DNA of 64,000 nucleotides from Clostridia bacterium (GTDB lineage Bacteria; Bacillota; Clostridia; Christensenellales; Borkfalkiaceae), in contig JAFQWV010000027.1 of assembly GCA_017407325.1 (NCBI GenBank), positions 31,623 to 95,622 of the forward strand, given 5' to 3'. This document shows, one piece after another, positions 1 to 9,763 of this stretch. Within the stretch, counting starts at the first letter, position 1; each line of letters opens with the position of its first letter. A model generated the notes under the pieces. It did not search any database, was not told where the DNA came from, and saw nothing but the letters and a program-made list of their open reading frames with translations. A program made the position numbers and the translations under genes.

Positions 1-23
1 TTTGTCAATAGTTTTTATTATAA

Positions 24-115
24 TGCAAGCGCACGCTTGCAATTTATGAACGCCTGCGTTCAATTTATGACGGCGAAGTCGTCAATTTATGCAACGCAAG
101 TTGCAATTTATTTTT
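24..115 (+). repeat. word-plus-hairpin array (word AATTTATG/ATTTA, 4 hairpins) abutting the glnS stop codon
   Basis: TGCAAGCGcaCGCTTGCA ATTTA TGAACGCctGCGTTCA ATTTA TGACGGCgaaGTCGTCA ATTTA TGCAACgcaaGTTGCA ATTTATTTTTT. The four stems are all different and the linker is constant. Words start at 41, 62, 84 and 105. Confidence 0.85.
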
Positions 116-1730
116 TAAAGCTGTCTTTTAGAGATACGATTTCGGAAAGAATAATCTTTTCGCCGTCAACCATTTTCTTATAATATCCCGTTCTAAGCAT
201 TTGGAAGCAACTGCCCGTCTCAACGCTGTCGATATATTTTTCGCAAACGCCTTGATAAATAGTACGGCTGTTTTCGTTAATACGTTCTGAAAAATCTTGA
301 CCTTGATATTCGGCGTCTTTTAAAAGGTAATCGTACTTACGAATTTCGCAAGGAACGAAGCTTTCTGCGCTTACCCAGTGAATAGTACCTTTACATTTAA
401 CGCCTGAAGTGTCGTTACCGCTTTTTGAATTTTCAACGATTGAAACGTGAACTTCTTTAACGCTACCGTCGTCGTTTAATACGGCGTTTTCGTACTTGAC
501 GATATACGCGCCTTTAAGTCTGACTACGCCGTCAGGTTTAAGGCGGAAATATTTTGGCGGTGGGTTTAAAGAAAAGTCGCTTTGTTCGATATAAATTTCT
601 TTGGTAAAGAGTACGTTTCTCTTGCCAAGTTCCGGTTTATTAGGGTTAATCTCGACTTCAACTTCTTCGCTAGCATCAAAATTGTCGATAACGACTTTGA
701 GTGGTTCAACGACAGCCATAGCGCGTTCTGCGTTTTGGTTTAAGTTGTCGCGAATAAAGTGTTCAAGATAGGAAATTTCAATTTCAGAGTTAGATTTTGC
801 AACGCCAATTTCGTCGCAGAACTTTTTGAGTGCGTCGCTTGGCACACCGCGATTTCTAAGTCCCGTCAAAGTCGGCATACGTGGATCTGACCAGCCGTCA
901 ACTGAACTTTCTTCAACGAGTTTTTTAAGGTAACGCTTACTCATAACTAAGTTAGTAACGTTAAGTCTAGCAAACTCGATTTGGCGAGGTTTATGTTCAA
1001 CGCCCGTATTTTCAACCGTCCAGTTATAAAGCGGGCGGTGGTCTTCAAACTCTAAAGTGCAGAGAGAGTGCGTAACCTTTTGCATAGAGTCGCAGATAGG
1101 ATGAGCAAAGTCGTACATAGGATAGATGCACCACTTATTTCCCGTACGGTGATGTTCTGCGTGTAAAACGCGATAAATTACAGGGTCGCGCATGTTAATA
1201 TTAGGCGACTTCATATCTATCTTAGCGCGCAAAACCTTTTCGCCGTCAGCGTACTTGCCGTCGCGCATTTCTCTAAAGAGTTTAAGGTTTTCTTCAACCG
1301 TTCTGTTTCTGTACGGACTTTCCTTACCGGGTTCTGTAAGCGTTCCGCGAAGGGCGCGAATTTCGTCACCCGACAAATCGCAAACGAACGCCTTGCCGTC
1401 TAAAATAAGTTTTTCTGCTAAAGAGTAAATTACGTCAAAATAGTCTGACGCATAGTGAATTTCAGCCCACTCAAAGCCGAGCCATTTGATATCTTCTTTG
1501 ATAGCGTCAACGTACTCGGTCTTTTCTTTTGATGGGTTGGTGTCGTCAAAGAAAAGATTACACTTTCCCCCGAACTTTTTAGCAACGCCAAAATTTAGGC
1601 ATAAACTTTTAGCGTGTCCGATATGCAAATAGCCGTTAGGCTCTGGTGGAAAACGCGTTTGTACTGCGCTTACCTTCCCTTCTGAAAGTTCTTTTTCAAT
1701 AATTTCTTCAATAAAGTTTTCGCAAATCAT
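108..1730 (-). CDS. glnS: glutamine--tRNA ligase
   Basis: 540-aa ORF. Class I motifs PEPNGYLHIGHAKS (HIGH) and LVMSKR (VMSKR form of KMSKS, as in GlnRS). Long C-terminal beta-barrel anticodon-binding part. Confidence 0.93.
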   Translation of the reverse strand: MICENFIEEIIEKELSEGKVSAVQTRFPPEPNGYLHIGHAKSLCLNFGVAKKFGGKCNLFFDDTNPSKEKTEYVDAIKEDIKWLGFEWAEIHYASDYFDVIYSLAEKLILDGKAFVCDLSGDEIRALRGTLTEPGKESPYRNRTVEENLKLFREMRDGKYADGEKVLRAKIDMKSPNINMRDPVIYRVLHAEHHRTGNKWCIYPMYDFAHPICDSMQKVTHSLCTLEFEDHRPLYNWTVENTGVEHKPRQIEFARLNVTNLVMSKRYLKKLVEESSVDGWSDPRMPTLTGLRNRGVPSDALKKFCDEIGVAKSNSEIEISYLEHFIRDNLNQNAERAMAVVEPLKVVIDNFDASEEVEVEINPNKPELGKRNVLFTKEIYIEQSDFSLNPPPKYFRLKPDGVVRLKGAYIVKYENAVLNDDGSVKEVHVSIVENSKSGNDTSGVKCKGTIHWVSAESFVPCEIRKYDYLLKDAEYQGQDFSERINENSRTIYQGVCEKYIDSVETGSCFQMLRTGYYKKMVDGEKIILSEIVSLKDSFKK

Positions 1731-1838
1731 TTTAATGTCCTTGCTCGCGACTTTCGTGCGCGCGTTAGATTAATTATTAACATTTTAGCATTATTTTTAC
1801 AAATAATCAATCAAATTGACAGATTTTAGCGCAATTAC

Positions 1839-1867
1839 TTGACAATATAGCGATATTTTAATAAAAT
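1839..1867 (+). promoter_or_regulatory. sigma-A-type promoter of glyQS
   Basis: TTGACA (1839-1844), 17-nt spacer, TAAAAT (1862-1867); about 30 nt upstream of the glyQS SD. Confidence 0.6.
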
Positions 1868-1899
1868 ATCAAGGAAATTAAAATTTAGAAGGTAAAATT

Positions 1900-3276
1900 A
1901 TGTCAAACAATCAAGTTACGATGGATAAAATTGTTAATCTTTGCAAATCGCGCGGTATCATTTTCCCCGGTAGTGAAATTTACGGCGGTATGGGCAATAC
2001 TTGGGATTACGGTCCTATCGGCGTAGAAATCAAAAACAATATTAAAAAATGCTGGTGGAAGAAATTCGTTCAAGAAAGCGAAAATTCTTACGGCGTTGAC
2101 GCTGCAATCTTGATGAACGCACGCGTTTGGGATGCTAGCGGTCACACCGCATCTTTCTCAGACCCTAAAATGGACTGTAAAGAGTGTAAAACTCGCCACC
2201 GTGCCGACAACCTAATCGAAGCGCACTCTAAAGGAACGGTTAATGCAGACCTACTTTCAAACGAAGAAATGGAACAATATATTAAAGACAACAACGTTTG
2301 CTGTCCAAGATGTGGTAAGTCTAACTTTACCCCAATACGACAGTTCAATCTTATGTTTGAAACTTCACGCGGTGTAACTGAAGAAGGACAAAACAAAATT
2401 TACCTTCGCCCAGAAACTGCTCAAGGCGAATTCGTAAACTTTCTAAACGTTCAAAGAACGACTCGCGCAAAAGTTCCGTTCGGTATCGCTCAGATCGGTA
2501 AAGCCTTCCGTAACGAAGTTACGCCGGGCAACTTTATCTTCAGAACTATCGAGTTTGAACAAATGGAGCACCAATTCTTCTGCAAAGAAGGTCAAGACCA
2601 AGAATATTACGAAATTTATAAAAATCTTGCGTGGGAATTTTTAAAATCTATCGGTATTGACGAAAGTCATATTCGCTTTAAAGACCACGACAAACTTGCA
2701 CACTACGCAAAAGCTGCGTGCGATATTCAATATCAATTCCCTATCGGCTGGTCAGAGCTTAACGGTATTCACAATCGCACTAATTACGACCTATCCCGCC
2801 ACCAAGAATATTCTGGAAAGAGTATGCTTTACGTAGATCCGTTCACGAACGAAAAGTATATTCCTTACGTTATCGAATACTCAATCGGTGCAGACAGACT
2901 TATGCTTGCAGTCCTTTCTGAAGCGTACGAAGAAGAAACTCTCGAAAATGGCGAAACCCGTCAAGTTATGCACTTCCACCCTGCAATCGCTGCTTATAAA
3001 GTTGCTGTTTTACCACTTCAGAAAAATCTTTCTGAAAAAGCGCGCGAAGTACAAAAGATGCTCGCAAAACGCTTTATGGTAACTTACGACGAAGCAGGCT
3101 CTATCGGTAAACGTTATCGCCGTCAAGACGAAATCGGAACGCCGTACTCTGTTACTATCGACTTTGACACGATGGAAAACGACACCGTTACCGTTCGCGA
3201 CCGCGACACGATGGAACAAATCAGAATTAAAATTAGTGAACTATCCGACTATATCGCAGAAAAAATTGCTTATTAA
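1900..3276 (+). CDS. glyQS: glycine--tRNA ligase (single-chain alpha2 type)
   Basis: 458-aa ORF with a class II core (RPETAQG, FRNEVTPGNFIFRTIEFEQME) and a C-terminal anticodon-binding domain. AGAAGG SD precedes the ATG. Confidence 0.93.
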   Translation: MSNNQVTMDKIVNLCKSRGIIFPGSEIYGGMGNTWDYGPIGVEIKNNIKKCWWKKFVQESENSYGVDAAILMNARVWDASGHTASFSDPKMDCKECKTRHRADNLIEAHSKGTVNADLLSNEEMEQYIKDNNVCCPRCGKSNFTPIRQFNLMFETSRGVTEEGQNKIYLRPETAQGEFVNFLNVQRTTRAKVPFGIAQIGKAFRNEVTPGNFIFRTIEFEQMEHQFFCKEGQDQEYYEIYKNLAWEFLKSIGIDESHIRFKDHDKLAHYAKAACDIQYQFPIGWSELNGIHNRTNYDLSRHQEYSGKSMLYVDPFTNEKYIPYVIEYSIGADRLMLAVLSEAYEEETLENGETRQVMHFHPAIAAYKVAVLPLQKNLSEKAREVQKMLAKRFMVTYDEAGSIGKRYRRQDEIGTPYSVTIDFDTMENDTVTVRDRDTMEQIRIKISELSDYIAEKIAY

Positions 3277-3295
3277 TCGACTTATAGCCTAATTT

Positions 3296-3340
3296 TTGCC
3301 GTTTTGAAGGTTTTCAAAACGGCAATTTTATTTTTGTTTT
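3296..3340 (+). terminator. intrinsic terminator after glyQS
   Basis: TTGCCGTTTTGAAggTTTTCAAAACGGCAA followed by TTTTATTTTTGTTTT. Confidence 0.85.
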
Positions 3341-3427
3341 TAAATTAAAATTTCAACAGTTATTTTTTTCACACGAAAATAACTTACAGTTTTCGCTAAA
3401 ATTACACTTAGTTTTTACAAAATTTGG

Positions 3428-3456
3428 TTGACTTTAAATGATTTATCATTTAATAT
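3428..3456 (+). promoter_or_regulatory. sigma-A-type promoter of the DUF1538 operon
   Basis: TTGACT, 17-nt spacer, TAATAT. Confidence 0.6.
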
Positions 3457-3485
3457 ATTATTAACTAATTCTCGACAGGTAGTTT

Positions 3486-5012
3486 ATGAACAAAATTTTA
3501 CTTGACAAATTAAAAGAATCGCTATTATCTGTACTTCCGGTCACGGTAATAATTTTAGTTTTAAACTATATTTTGCCTGATCCGTTACCATTTTACGAGA
3601 TTTTAAAATTTGCAATCGGTGCAACGATGCTTTTTTTTGGTATGGTTTTGTACAACTTAGGAAGTGAAACGGCACTTAGCCCTATCGGTGAGACTATCGG
3701 TAACAGAATTACGGGTACGAAAAAAATCCCTGTTATTTTGCTCGTCGGTTTTATTATTGGTTTTATCGTAACTATTGCAGAACCTGACTTAATAGTTCTT
3801 GGCGACCAGCTCGGTTCAATAAAGTGGACGTTAATTATAACGATAGCAATCGGAGTTGGACTATTCTTAGTGCTTGCTCTTACGAGAATTATTAAAAAAT
3901 TAAGCCTAAACCTTGTTTTAATCGTGCTATACGGCGTTTTATTCGCACTTGTTATATTTACCGAGCAAAGATATATTCCACTTGCGTTCGACTCTGGTGG
4001 GGTAACGACAGGACCTATAACAGTTCCGTTTATTCTGGCACTCGGTATCGGTATTGCTTCGGTTTTAGGTGGTAAAAACAAAAAAGAAGACAGTTTTGGT
4101 ATAGTCGCACTTTGCTCTATCGGGCCGATAATTTCGGTTATACTTCTTTCAATGATTTTTAAACCTGAAATTGACTCAAGCATAACTACTCTTTCGTCAG
4201 ACAGCGTACTAGGTGTTTTAAAGCTTTTCGCGACTAACATGCCAACCTATTTAAAAGACGTATTAATCGCGCTACTTCCTATTACTCTTTTCTATTTTAT
4301 AATTGACTTCTTTCTTATAAAAACACCTAAGCGCAGACTTAAAAAGATTGTAATCGGTTTACTTTACACCTACGTTGGACTTTCACTCTTTTTAGCAGGT
4401 GTAAACGTCGGCTTTATGTCGGCAGGTTTAAACCTTGGTCAAAGAATAGCGTCACTTAGCAATAACTACGTACTTATTCCAATCGGAATGGCAATCGGTT
4501 GCGTTCTCGTTCTTGCCGAGCCTGCCGTTCAAGTTTTATCTAAGCAAGTAGAAGAAATTTCAAACGGTAATATTAAAAAGAAAACAATCGTAATTACTTT
4601 ATGCGTTTCAATGGCAGTAGCCGTTGGGCTTTCTATGCTTAGAGTAATATTCCAATTTTCCGTACTCTACTACCTAATCCCCGGCTACTTAGTCGCGTTA
4701 GGGCTTACGTTCTTTTCGCCTAAGGTTTACACGGCTATTGCGTTCGACTCGGGTGGAGTTGTGTCAGGTCCTATGACTACGGCGTTTATGTTACCGCTTG
4801 CAATCGGCGCGTCAACCGCAATCAGCGGTGCTGGTGGCGTACTTTTAAATGCGTACGGCGTTGTTGCGCTCGTTGCGCTTACCCCACTTATCACGATTCA
4901 AATTTTTGGTATAATAACTAAACAAAAATCGAAAAAGAAAACTATCGTTCTACCGAAAAATATCGTTACGCTATTTGAAGGCGATATTATTGAACTTGAC
5001 GTAAAAAGATAG
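3486..5012 (+). CDS. DUF1538-family polytopic membrane protein (internally duplicated)
   Basis: 508 aa and strongly hydrophobic. Two homologous halves each carry AFDSGGVTTGP / AFDSGGVVSGP. Confidence 0.8.
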   Translation: MNKILLDKLKESLLSVLPVTVIILVLNYILPDPLPFYEILKFAIGATMLFFGMVLYNLGSETALSPIGETIGNRITGTKKIPVILLVGFIIGFIVTIAEPDLIVLGDQLGSIKWTLIITIAIGVGLFLVLALTRIIKKLSLNLVLIVLYGVLFALVIFTEQRYIPLAFDSGGVTTGPITVPFILALGIGIASVLGGKNKKEDSFGIVALCSIGPIISVILLSMIFKPEIDSSITTLSSDSVLGVLKLFATNMPTYLKDVLIALLPITLFYFIIDFFLIKTPKRRLKKIVIGLLYTYVGLSLFLAGVNVGFMSAGLNLGQRIASLSNNYVLIPIGMAIGCVLVLAEPAVQVLSKQVEEISNGNIKKKTIVITLCVSMAVAVGLSMLRVIFQFSVLYYLIPGYLVALGLTFFSPKVYTAIAFDSGGVVSGPMTTAFMLPLAIGASTAISGAGGVLLNAYGVVALVALTPLITIQIFGIITKQKSKKKTIVLPKNIVTLFEGDIIELDVKR

Positions 5013-5020
5013 GAGATTAT

Positions 5021-5368
5021 ATGAAAAATAAAACCGAACTTGAACTACTGGTTATAATTGCACCACGCGGTTATAGTGATAAAATTACAGAATCTATCGA
5101 GATTTTGGCGCACTTTCCAGCGATTGTAAGAAGTAAGGGAACTGCCCCGAACGATATTTTAAGCACGCTAGGTATTGGCGAGCCTGAAAAAGATTTACTT
5201 CTTTCATTCTGCGAAAGAAAAAACGTTGATTATATTTATCAAATGCTTGAGGAGCAGTTTGAGTTAAAATCTAAACAACGCGGTATCGCATTTACTATCC
5301 CCGTTTCTGCAGTTGGCGGAAACGTAACGCTACAAATACTTCTCGGTAAAACGAGAAATCTTATTTAA
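5021..5368 (+). CDS. P-II-like small regulatory protein (divergent)
   Basis: 115 aa. It starts 9 nt after the DUF1538 stop with a GGAG SD. Ferredoxin-like beta-alpha-beta pattern, and it sits in the known DUF1538 + P-II gene context. Confidence 0.6.
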   Translation: MKNKTELELLVIIAPRGYSDKITESIEILAHFPAIVRSKGTAPNDILSTLGIGEPEKDLLLSFCERKNVDYIYQMLEEQFELKSKQRGIAFTIPVSAVGGNVTLQILLGKTRNLI

Positions 5369-5379
5369 GGAGAACGGCT

Positions 5380-5733
5380 ATGAACGAATTAATCGTAGTA
5401 ATAGTAAATCAAGGCTTTGAAGAAGAAGTTATGGAATCTGCGCGCGCCGCTGGTGCGCGTGGCGGTACGATTTTCAACGCGCGCGGAACGGCTAACGCCC
5501 AAGACGAAGTCAAATTTTTAGGCGTTACCCTACACCCCGATAAGGAAATCGTATTTATTCTTACAGACAGCGATAGCAGAAACACTATAATGACTGCAAT
5601 TAAGGAAAACACGGGATTAACTACCCCGGGCGCAGGAATTATCTTTTCGCTCCCCGTTGATAGCGTTATGGGTATCGGCAAAACTTCAAACGACGAAGAA
5701 AAACCCGACGAAACGGACGGAACAAATTCTTAA
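5380..5733 (+). CDS. P-II family protein
   Basis: 117 aa with an AAGGAG SD. LIVVIVNQG...ARGGTIFNARG...KEIVFIL...AGIIFSLPV resembles GlnB-like P-II folds. Acidic C-terminal tail. Confidence 0.72.
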   Translation: MNELIVVIVNQGFEEEVMESARAAGARGGTIFNARGTANAQDEVKFLGVTLHPDKEIVFILTDSDSRNTIMTAIKENTGLTTPGAGIIFSLPVDSVMGIGKTSNDEEKPDETDGTNS

Positions 5734-5799
5734 TTTTTAGCATAATTTATATAAAATAATCGGCTATAAGTCGATTAATTAATAAATAGGAGAAGTGAT

Positions 5800-6618
5800 A
5801 TGAAGCTATTTAAAAAACTTTTCGTTTTTTTAACAGTTTTAGTTTTAATGCTAACAGTTACTGCTTGTACTATTGACGAAAGCGAACTTAACAACCTTTT
5901 AAACGGGTTACTTACAAGCAATAATTCGGCAAACGTAACGACCAGTAACACTTTGCCTGTAAGACCTAGCACTTCTACTTCAAGTAATTACGGCGTTGAC
6001 AGTAGTAGCGAGCCTTACTATCCGATAAACCCAACAGAGTCTACAAATTCAAGCATTTACTTAGTTCCACCGTCACCGCCTGTTGAAATTTTGCCTCAAT
6101 ATAGTGCTAGTCAAGAATCAAGCAGTTCTAAAACTACTGTAACACCACCTACTTACCAAACAAACGGCTTATACTCTTTTGAAGCTACACTTGCTCCTTA
6201 TGAAAAAGTATACGTATTTGATGAAAAAACAAACATCAAACCGTTTACCGTTTCGCAAGGTATAAAAACAACCACGTCTTCAGGAAAGATCGCAAAAGAC
6301 GGTTCAGCAATAGGATATATGTTTACGTATGGCTTTCAATTAGGCAAAAACGGCTCGTTTGATAACAAATCTTTACAAATAACGACAACCGGCTATCAAC
6401 AAATTGAAATATACGCTTCCGGATCAAGTTCCGGCGTTATTTCTGGCGAGCTTTGGGTTATCGACTCTCAAGGCTATGTAATCGACAGTGCTATAATTTT
6501 GTTCGGAACGGTTCATAGTTACGTATTAACAATGCCATCCGAAGGCACATACGCATTAGTTGCCACAATGGAATCCAGCATAACCGTATGGGGCGTAAGC
6601 TTTATTGAGAACGCATAA
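5800..6618 (+). CDS. lipoprotein with S/T/P-rich linker and C-terminal beta-sandwich-like module
   Basis: Signal peptide plus lipobox LTVTAC. Low-complexity Ser/Thr linker. The C-terminal module ends GTYALVATMESSITVWGVSFIE, the same terminal pattern as the modules in the giant protein. Confidence 0.7.
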   Translation: MKLFKKLFVFLTVLVLMLTVTACTIDESELNNLLNGLLTSNNSANVTTSNTLPVRPSTSTSSNYGVDSSSEPYYPINPTESTNSSIYLVPPSPPVEILPQYSASQESSSSKTTVTPPTYQTNGLYSFEATLAPYEKVYVFDEKTNIKPFTVSQGIKTTTSSGKIAKDGSAIGYMFTYGFQLGKNGSFDNKSLQITTTGYQQIEIYASGSSSGVISGELWVIDSQGYVIDSAIILFGTVHSYVLTMPSEGTYALVATMESSITVWGVSFIENA

Positions 6619-6646
6619 AAGCCTTTACATAAGTCGGTTAACTAAA

Positions 6647-6687
6647 CAAAACCGCAACTTGCTTATTCGCAAGTTGCGGTTTTTTTA
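6647..6687. terminator. bidirectional intrinsic terminator (lipoprotein gene / pflA)
   Basis: AAAACCGCAACTTGCttattcGCAAGTTGCGGTTTTTTT, with A-run and T-run flanks. It overlaps the pflA stop codon. Confidence 0.85.
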
Positions 6688-7395
6688 TCTAAATTCTTCG
6701 GGTACGAATTTATACAAACTTTCGATCGTTTCATTATCGCACTCTTTCGTGTTTTTAAGCGGAAAATCAATACCTAAATTATCATATTTAGACTGACATA
6801 TATTCCTAAACGGCAAGAGTTCGATTTTTTGAAGATTTTTGTACTTTTTAGAAATTTCCACTACCCTTTTAACCGAAGCTTCACTGTCGGTTAAGTTTGG
6901 GACGACTACGTGCCGTACCCAAAGTGGAACATTTTTCTTAGAAGTCAGTTCTAAAAATTCTTCTACCCTTTTTAAACTTCCACGCGCATAAGTTTTATAA
7001 TCTTCTTCTGTTACAAACTTAATATCGCACATTACAAGGTCGCAATACTTTAAAACTCGTTCTGCTTTTTCAAGGTCACAAATTCCCGAAGTGTCTATCG
7101 CGGTGTGAACGTTTTCAGCCTTTAAAAGTTTGAAAAGCTCTTCAATAAACTCTGGTTGTAATAACGGTTCACCACCTGATACGGTAACCCCACCGTGTTC
7201 GAAAAAATAAGGCTTATAACGCATTATCTTATTAAATAAGTCGATTACGCTAACTTTTGCACCTGTTATATCCCACGTATCGGGGTTATGACAGTACACG
7301 CAACGAAGGTGGCAACCTTGCATAAACACGGTCACCCTTATTCCCGGTCCATCAACAGCACCAAGGCTTTGAAAGGAATTGATAGTGCCAAACAT
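6685..7395 (-). CDS. pflA: pyruvate formate-lyase activating enzyme (radical SAM)
   Basis: 236 aa. Contains CHLRCVYCHN (CxxxCxxC) and GGVTVSGGEPLL. Lies immediately downstream of pflB. Confidence 0.92.
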   Translation of the reverse strand: MFGTINSFQSLGAVDGPGIRVTVFMQGCHLRCVYCHNPDTWDITGAKVSVIDLFNKIMRYKPYFFEHGGVTVSGGEPLLQPEFIEELFKLLKAENVHTAIDTSGICDLEKAERVLKYCDLVMCDIKFVTEEDYKTYARGSLKRVEEFLELTSKKNVPLWVRHVVVPNLTDSEASVKRVVEISKKYKNLQKIELLPFRNICQSKYDNLGIDFPLKNTKECDNETIESLYKFVPEEFR

Positions 7396-7397
7396 AA

Positions 7398-9635
7398 TTA
7401 AAGTTGTCCGTGGAAAGTTCTTGAAATTACTTCCAACTGCTGTTCGCGTGAAAGCTTGTGGAAGTTTACGGCATATCCTGAAACTCTTATAGTTAAGTTT
7501 GGATATTTTTCTGGGTGATCCATAGCGTCAATCAACGTTTCGCGATTGAATACGTTTACGTTGATGTGTTGCGCTTTTTGGGCAAAGTAACCGTCGATAA
7601 TATCGACTAAGTTTTTATATCTTTGCTCGTCGTCGTGACCTAGCGCTTCAGGAATTATTGAGAAGGTATTAGAAATACCGTCTTTACAGATATCGTAAGA
7701 AAGTTTTGCAACAGAGTTAAGTGATGCAAGCGCGCCGTTTTTCTCCCTGTTGTGCATTGGGTTAGCACCCGGAGCAAAAGGTTCACCAGCCTTTCTTCCG
7801 TCTGGAGTTGAGCCCGTCTTTTTTCCGTACACTACGTTTGACGTGATAGTAAGAATTGATAAAGTATGCTCAGCATTGCGATAAGTTGGATTTTTGCAAA
7901 GCTCTTTATAGAAAAGCTCGACTTGTTCTTTAGCAATATTATCAACTCTGTCGTCGTCGTTACCAAAAGCTGGGAACTCGCCTTCCGTGATAAAGTCGGT
8001 AATAAGCCCCGTTTCGTCGCGAATTACTTTAACTTTAGCGTACTTAATAGCAGAAAGTGAGTCGGCTAAAACTGATAAGCCTGCAATACCGAACGCCATA
8101 TAGCGGTGAACTTCGCTGTCGTGAAGTGACATCTGAACTTTTTCGTACGCGTATTTATCGTGCATATAGTGAATAATGTTCATTGCAGTAACGTAAGTTT
8201 TTGCAAGCCACGGACGGTACTTGTCCATAAGCGCAATTACTTTATCGTACTCTAAATATTCGCCTTGATACGGCTCGCCCTTAGGAGCGACTTGGTCACC
8301 CTTCTTCTCGTCGCGACCACCGTTAATCGACATAAGCAAGAGTTTTGCAAGGTTTGCACGCGCACCGAAAAATTGCATATCCTTACCAACGCGCATTGCA
8401 GATACACAGCACGCGATAGCGTAATCGTCGCCGTAAACTGGGCGCATTACGTCGTCGTTTTCATATTGAATAGCGTCCGTATCGCAAGAAACCTTCGTTG
8501 CGTAACGCTTGAATGCTTTTGGCAAGTTGCGCGACCATAAAACGGTTAAGTTTGGTTCTGCGCTCGAGCCAAGATTGTAAAGTGTGTGGAGTATTCTGAA
8601 CGAGTTTTTCGTAACCAAAGTACGACCGTCAACGCCCATACCACCGATTGCTTCAGTAATCCACATAGGATCGCCTGCGAACAATTCGTTGTATTCTGGC
8701 GTTCTTAAGTGACGTGCCATACGAAGCTTCATAACGAAATCGTCTAAAATTTCTTGAATTTGACTTTCCGTATAAACACCATTTTCTATGTCACGCGTAA
8801 AGTAAATATCTAAAAAAGTGCTTACTCTACCCAAGCTCATAGCAGCGCCGTTTTGTTCTTTGATTGCTGCAAGGTATGCAAAATATAGCCATTGAACTGC
8901 TTCTTTAGAGTCGGTTGCAGGGTTTGATATATCAAATCCGTAGCTTGATGCCATTTTCTTAAGATCGTCAAGCACTAAAATTTGTTCGTGAAGTTCTTCA
9001 ACTTGACGAATATCTTCTGCACTAACGATAGTTTGCGAATATTTCTTTTTATCCTTTTTCTTTTCTTCAATCAAAAAGTCTACGCCGTATAAAGCAACTC
9101 TACGGTAGTCGCCGATAATTCTACCACGACCGTACGCGTCTGGAAGACCTGTGATGATACCAGAGTGGCGCGCAGCACGAATATCTTCGTTGTAAGCACG
9201 GAAAACACCGTCGTTATGTGTCGTACGGTAAATAAACTTTTCTTCTACTTTGTCAGATAGCTTATAGTTGTACGCAATACACGCCTTTCTCGTCATATTA
9301 AGACCACCGAACGGGTTTACACCACGCTTTAACGGCTCGTCAGTTTGAATACCAACGATAATTTCATTTTCACGGTCTAAATATCCCGGCGCATGCGAAG
9401 TCGGGGTGATAACAGTTTCAGTATCAACCTTTAAAACACCACCGTTTTTTGCTTCTTCTTTAAATAACTCGTTTAATTTTGCCATTAAAGAAGTCGTTCT
9501 TTGAGTAGCTGGTGCTAAAAACTTTTCATCACCTTCGTACGGTGTATAGTTGTCTTGTATAAAAGAGCGAACGTCAATTTGATTTTTCCAAGCGTCGCCT
9601 TTGAAACCTTTCCAAGCATTTATGAATCTTTCCAT
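7398..9635 (-). CDS. pflB: pyruvate formate-lyase (formate C-acetyltransferase)
   Basis: Glycyl-radical fingerprint RVSGYAVNF near the C-terminus and active-site [18 protein letters not shown] places the start at ATG 9635, not the GTG 9650 of the ORF track. Confidence 0.94.
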   Translation of the reverse strand: MERFINAWKGFKGDAWKNQIDVRSFIQDNYTPYEGDEKFLAPATQRTTSLMAKLNELFKEEAKNGGVLKVDTETVITPTSHAPGYLDRENEIIVGIQTDEPLKRGVNPFGGLNMTRKACIAYNYKLSDKVEEKFIYRTTHNDGVFRAYNEDIRAARHSGIITGLPDAYGRGRIIGDYRRVALYGVDFLIEEKKKDKKKYSQTIVSAEDIRQVEELHEQILVLDDLKKMASSYGFDISNPATDSKEAVQWLYFAYLAAIKEQNGAAMSLGRVSTFLDIYFTRDIENGVYTESQIQEILDDFVMKLRMARHLRTPEYNELFAGDPMWITEAIGGMGVDGRTLVTKNSFRILHTLYNLGSSAEPNLTVLWSRNLPKAFKRYATKVSCDTDAIQYENDDVMRPVYGDDYAIACCVSAMRVGKDMQFFGARANLAKLLLMSINGGRDEKKGDQVAPKGEPYQGEYLEYDKVIALMDKYRPWLAKTYVTAMNIIHYMHDKYAYEKVQMSLHDSEVHRYMAFGIAGLSVLADSLSAIKYAKVKVIRDETGLITDFITEGEFPAFGNDDDRVDNIAKEQVELFYKELCKNPTYRNAEHTLSILTITSNVVYGKKTGSTPDGRKAGEPFAPGANPMHNREKNGALASLNSVAKLSYDICKDGISNTFSIIPEALGHDDEQRYKNLVDIIDGYFAQKAQHINVNVFNRETLIDAMDHPEKYPNLTIRVSGYAVNFHKLSREQQLEVISRTFHGQL

Positions 9636-9716
9636 ACTCTCTCCTTCCACATGCCTAACATGTGTTATTTTTAGTTTTTTATGTAAACTTTAACCTTAAT
9701 TTCTCTTTGCTAATTT

Positions 9717-9746
9717 AATATACCATACGCAGGTATATTGTGTCAA
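9717..9746 (-). promoter_or_regulatory. sigma-A-type promoter of pflBA
   Basis: Minus strand reads TTGACA (9741-9746), 18-nt spacer, TATATT (9717-9722). Confidence 0.55.
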
Positions 9747-9763
9747 CAGATTTTTTAAACAAA

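Noticed and set aside
1731-1899. T-box leaders upstream of glnS, glyQS, aspS (11687-11821) and lysK (25382-25447)
   Set aside because: The spacers are only 66-169 nt, hold promoters, and show no T-box (AGGGTGGNACCGCG-like) sequence or specifier-loop architecture.
3593-4240. Long antisense or alternate-frame ORFs inside real genes. Examples: 3593-4240, 10449-10814, 19382-19744, 20435-20857, 22674-23015, 30289-30729, 32869-33240, 44546-44958, and the many inside the giant gene.
   Set aside because: They are embedded in, or antisense to, strongly supported genes. They have no SD, and their low-complexity translations are typical of shadow ORFs.
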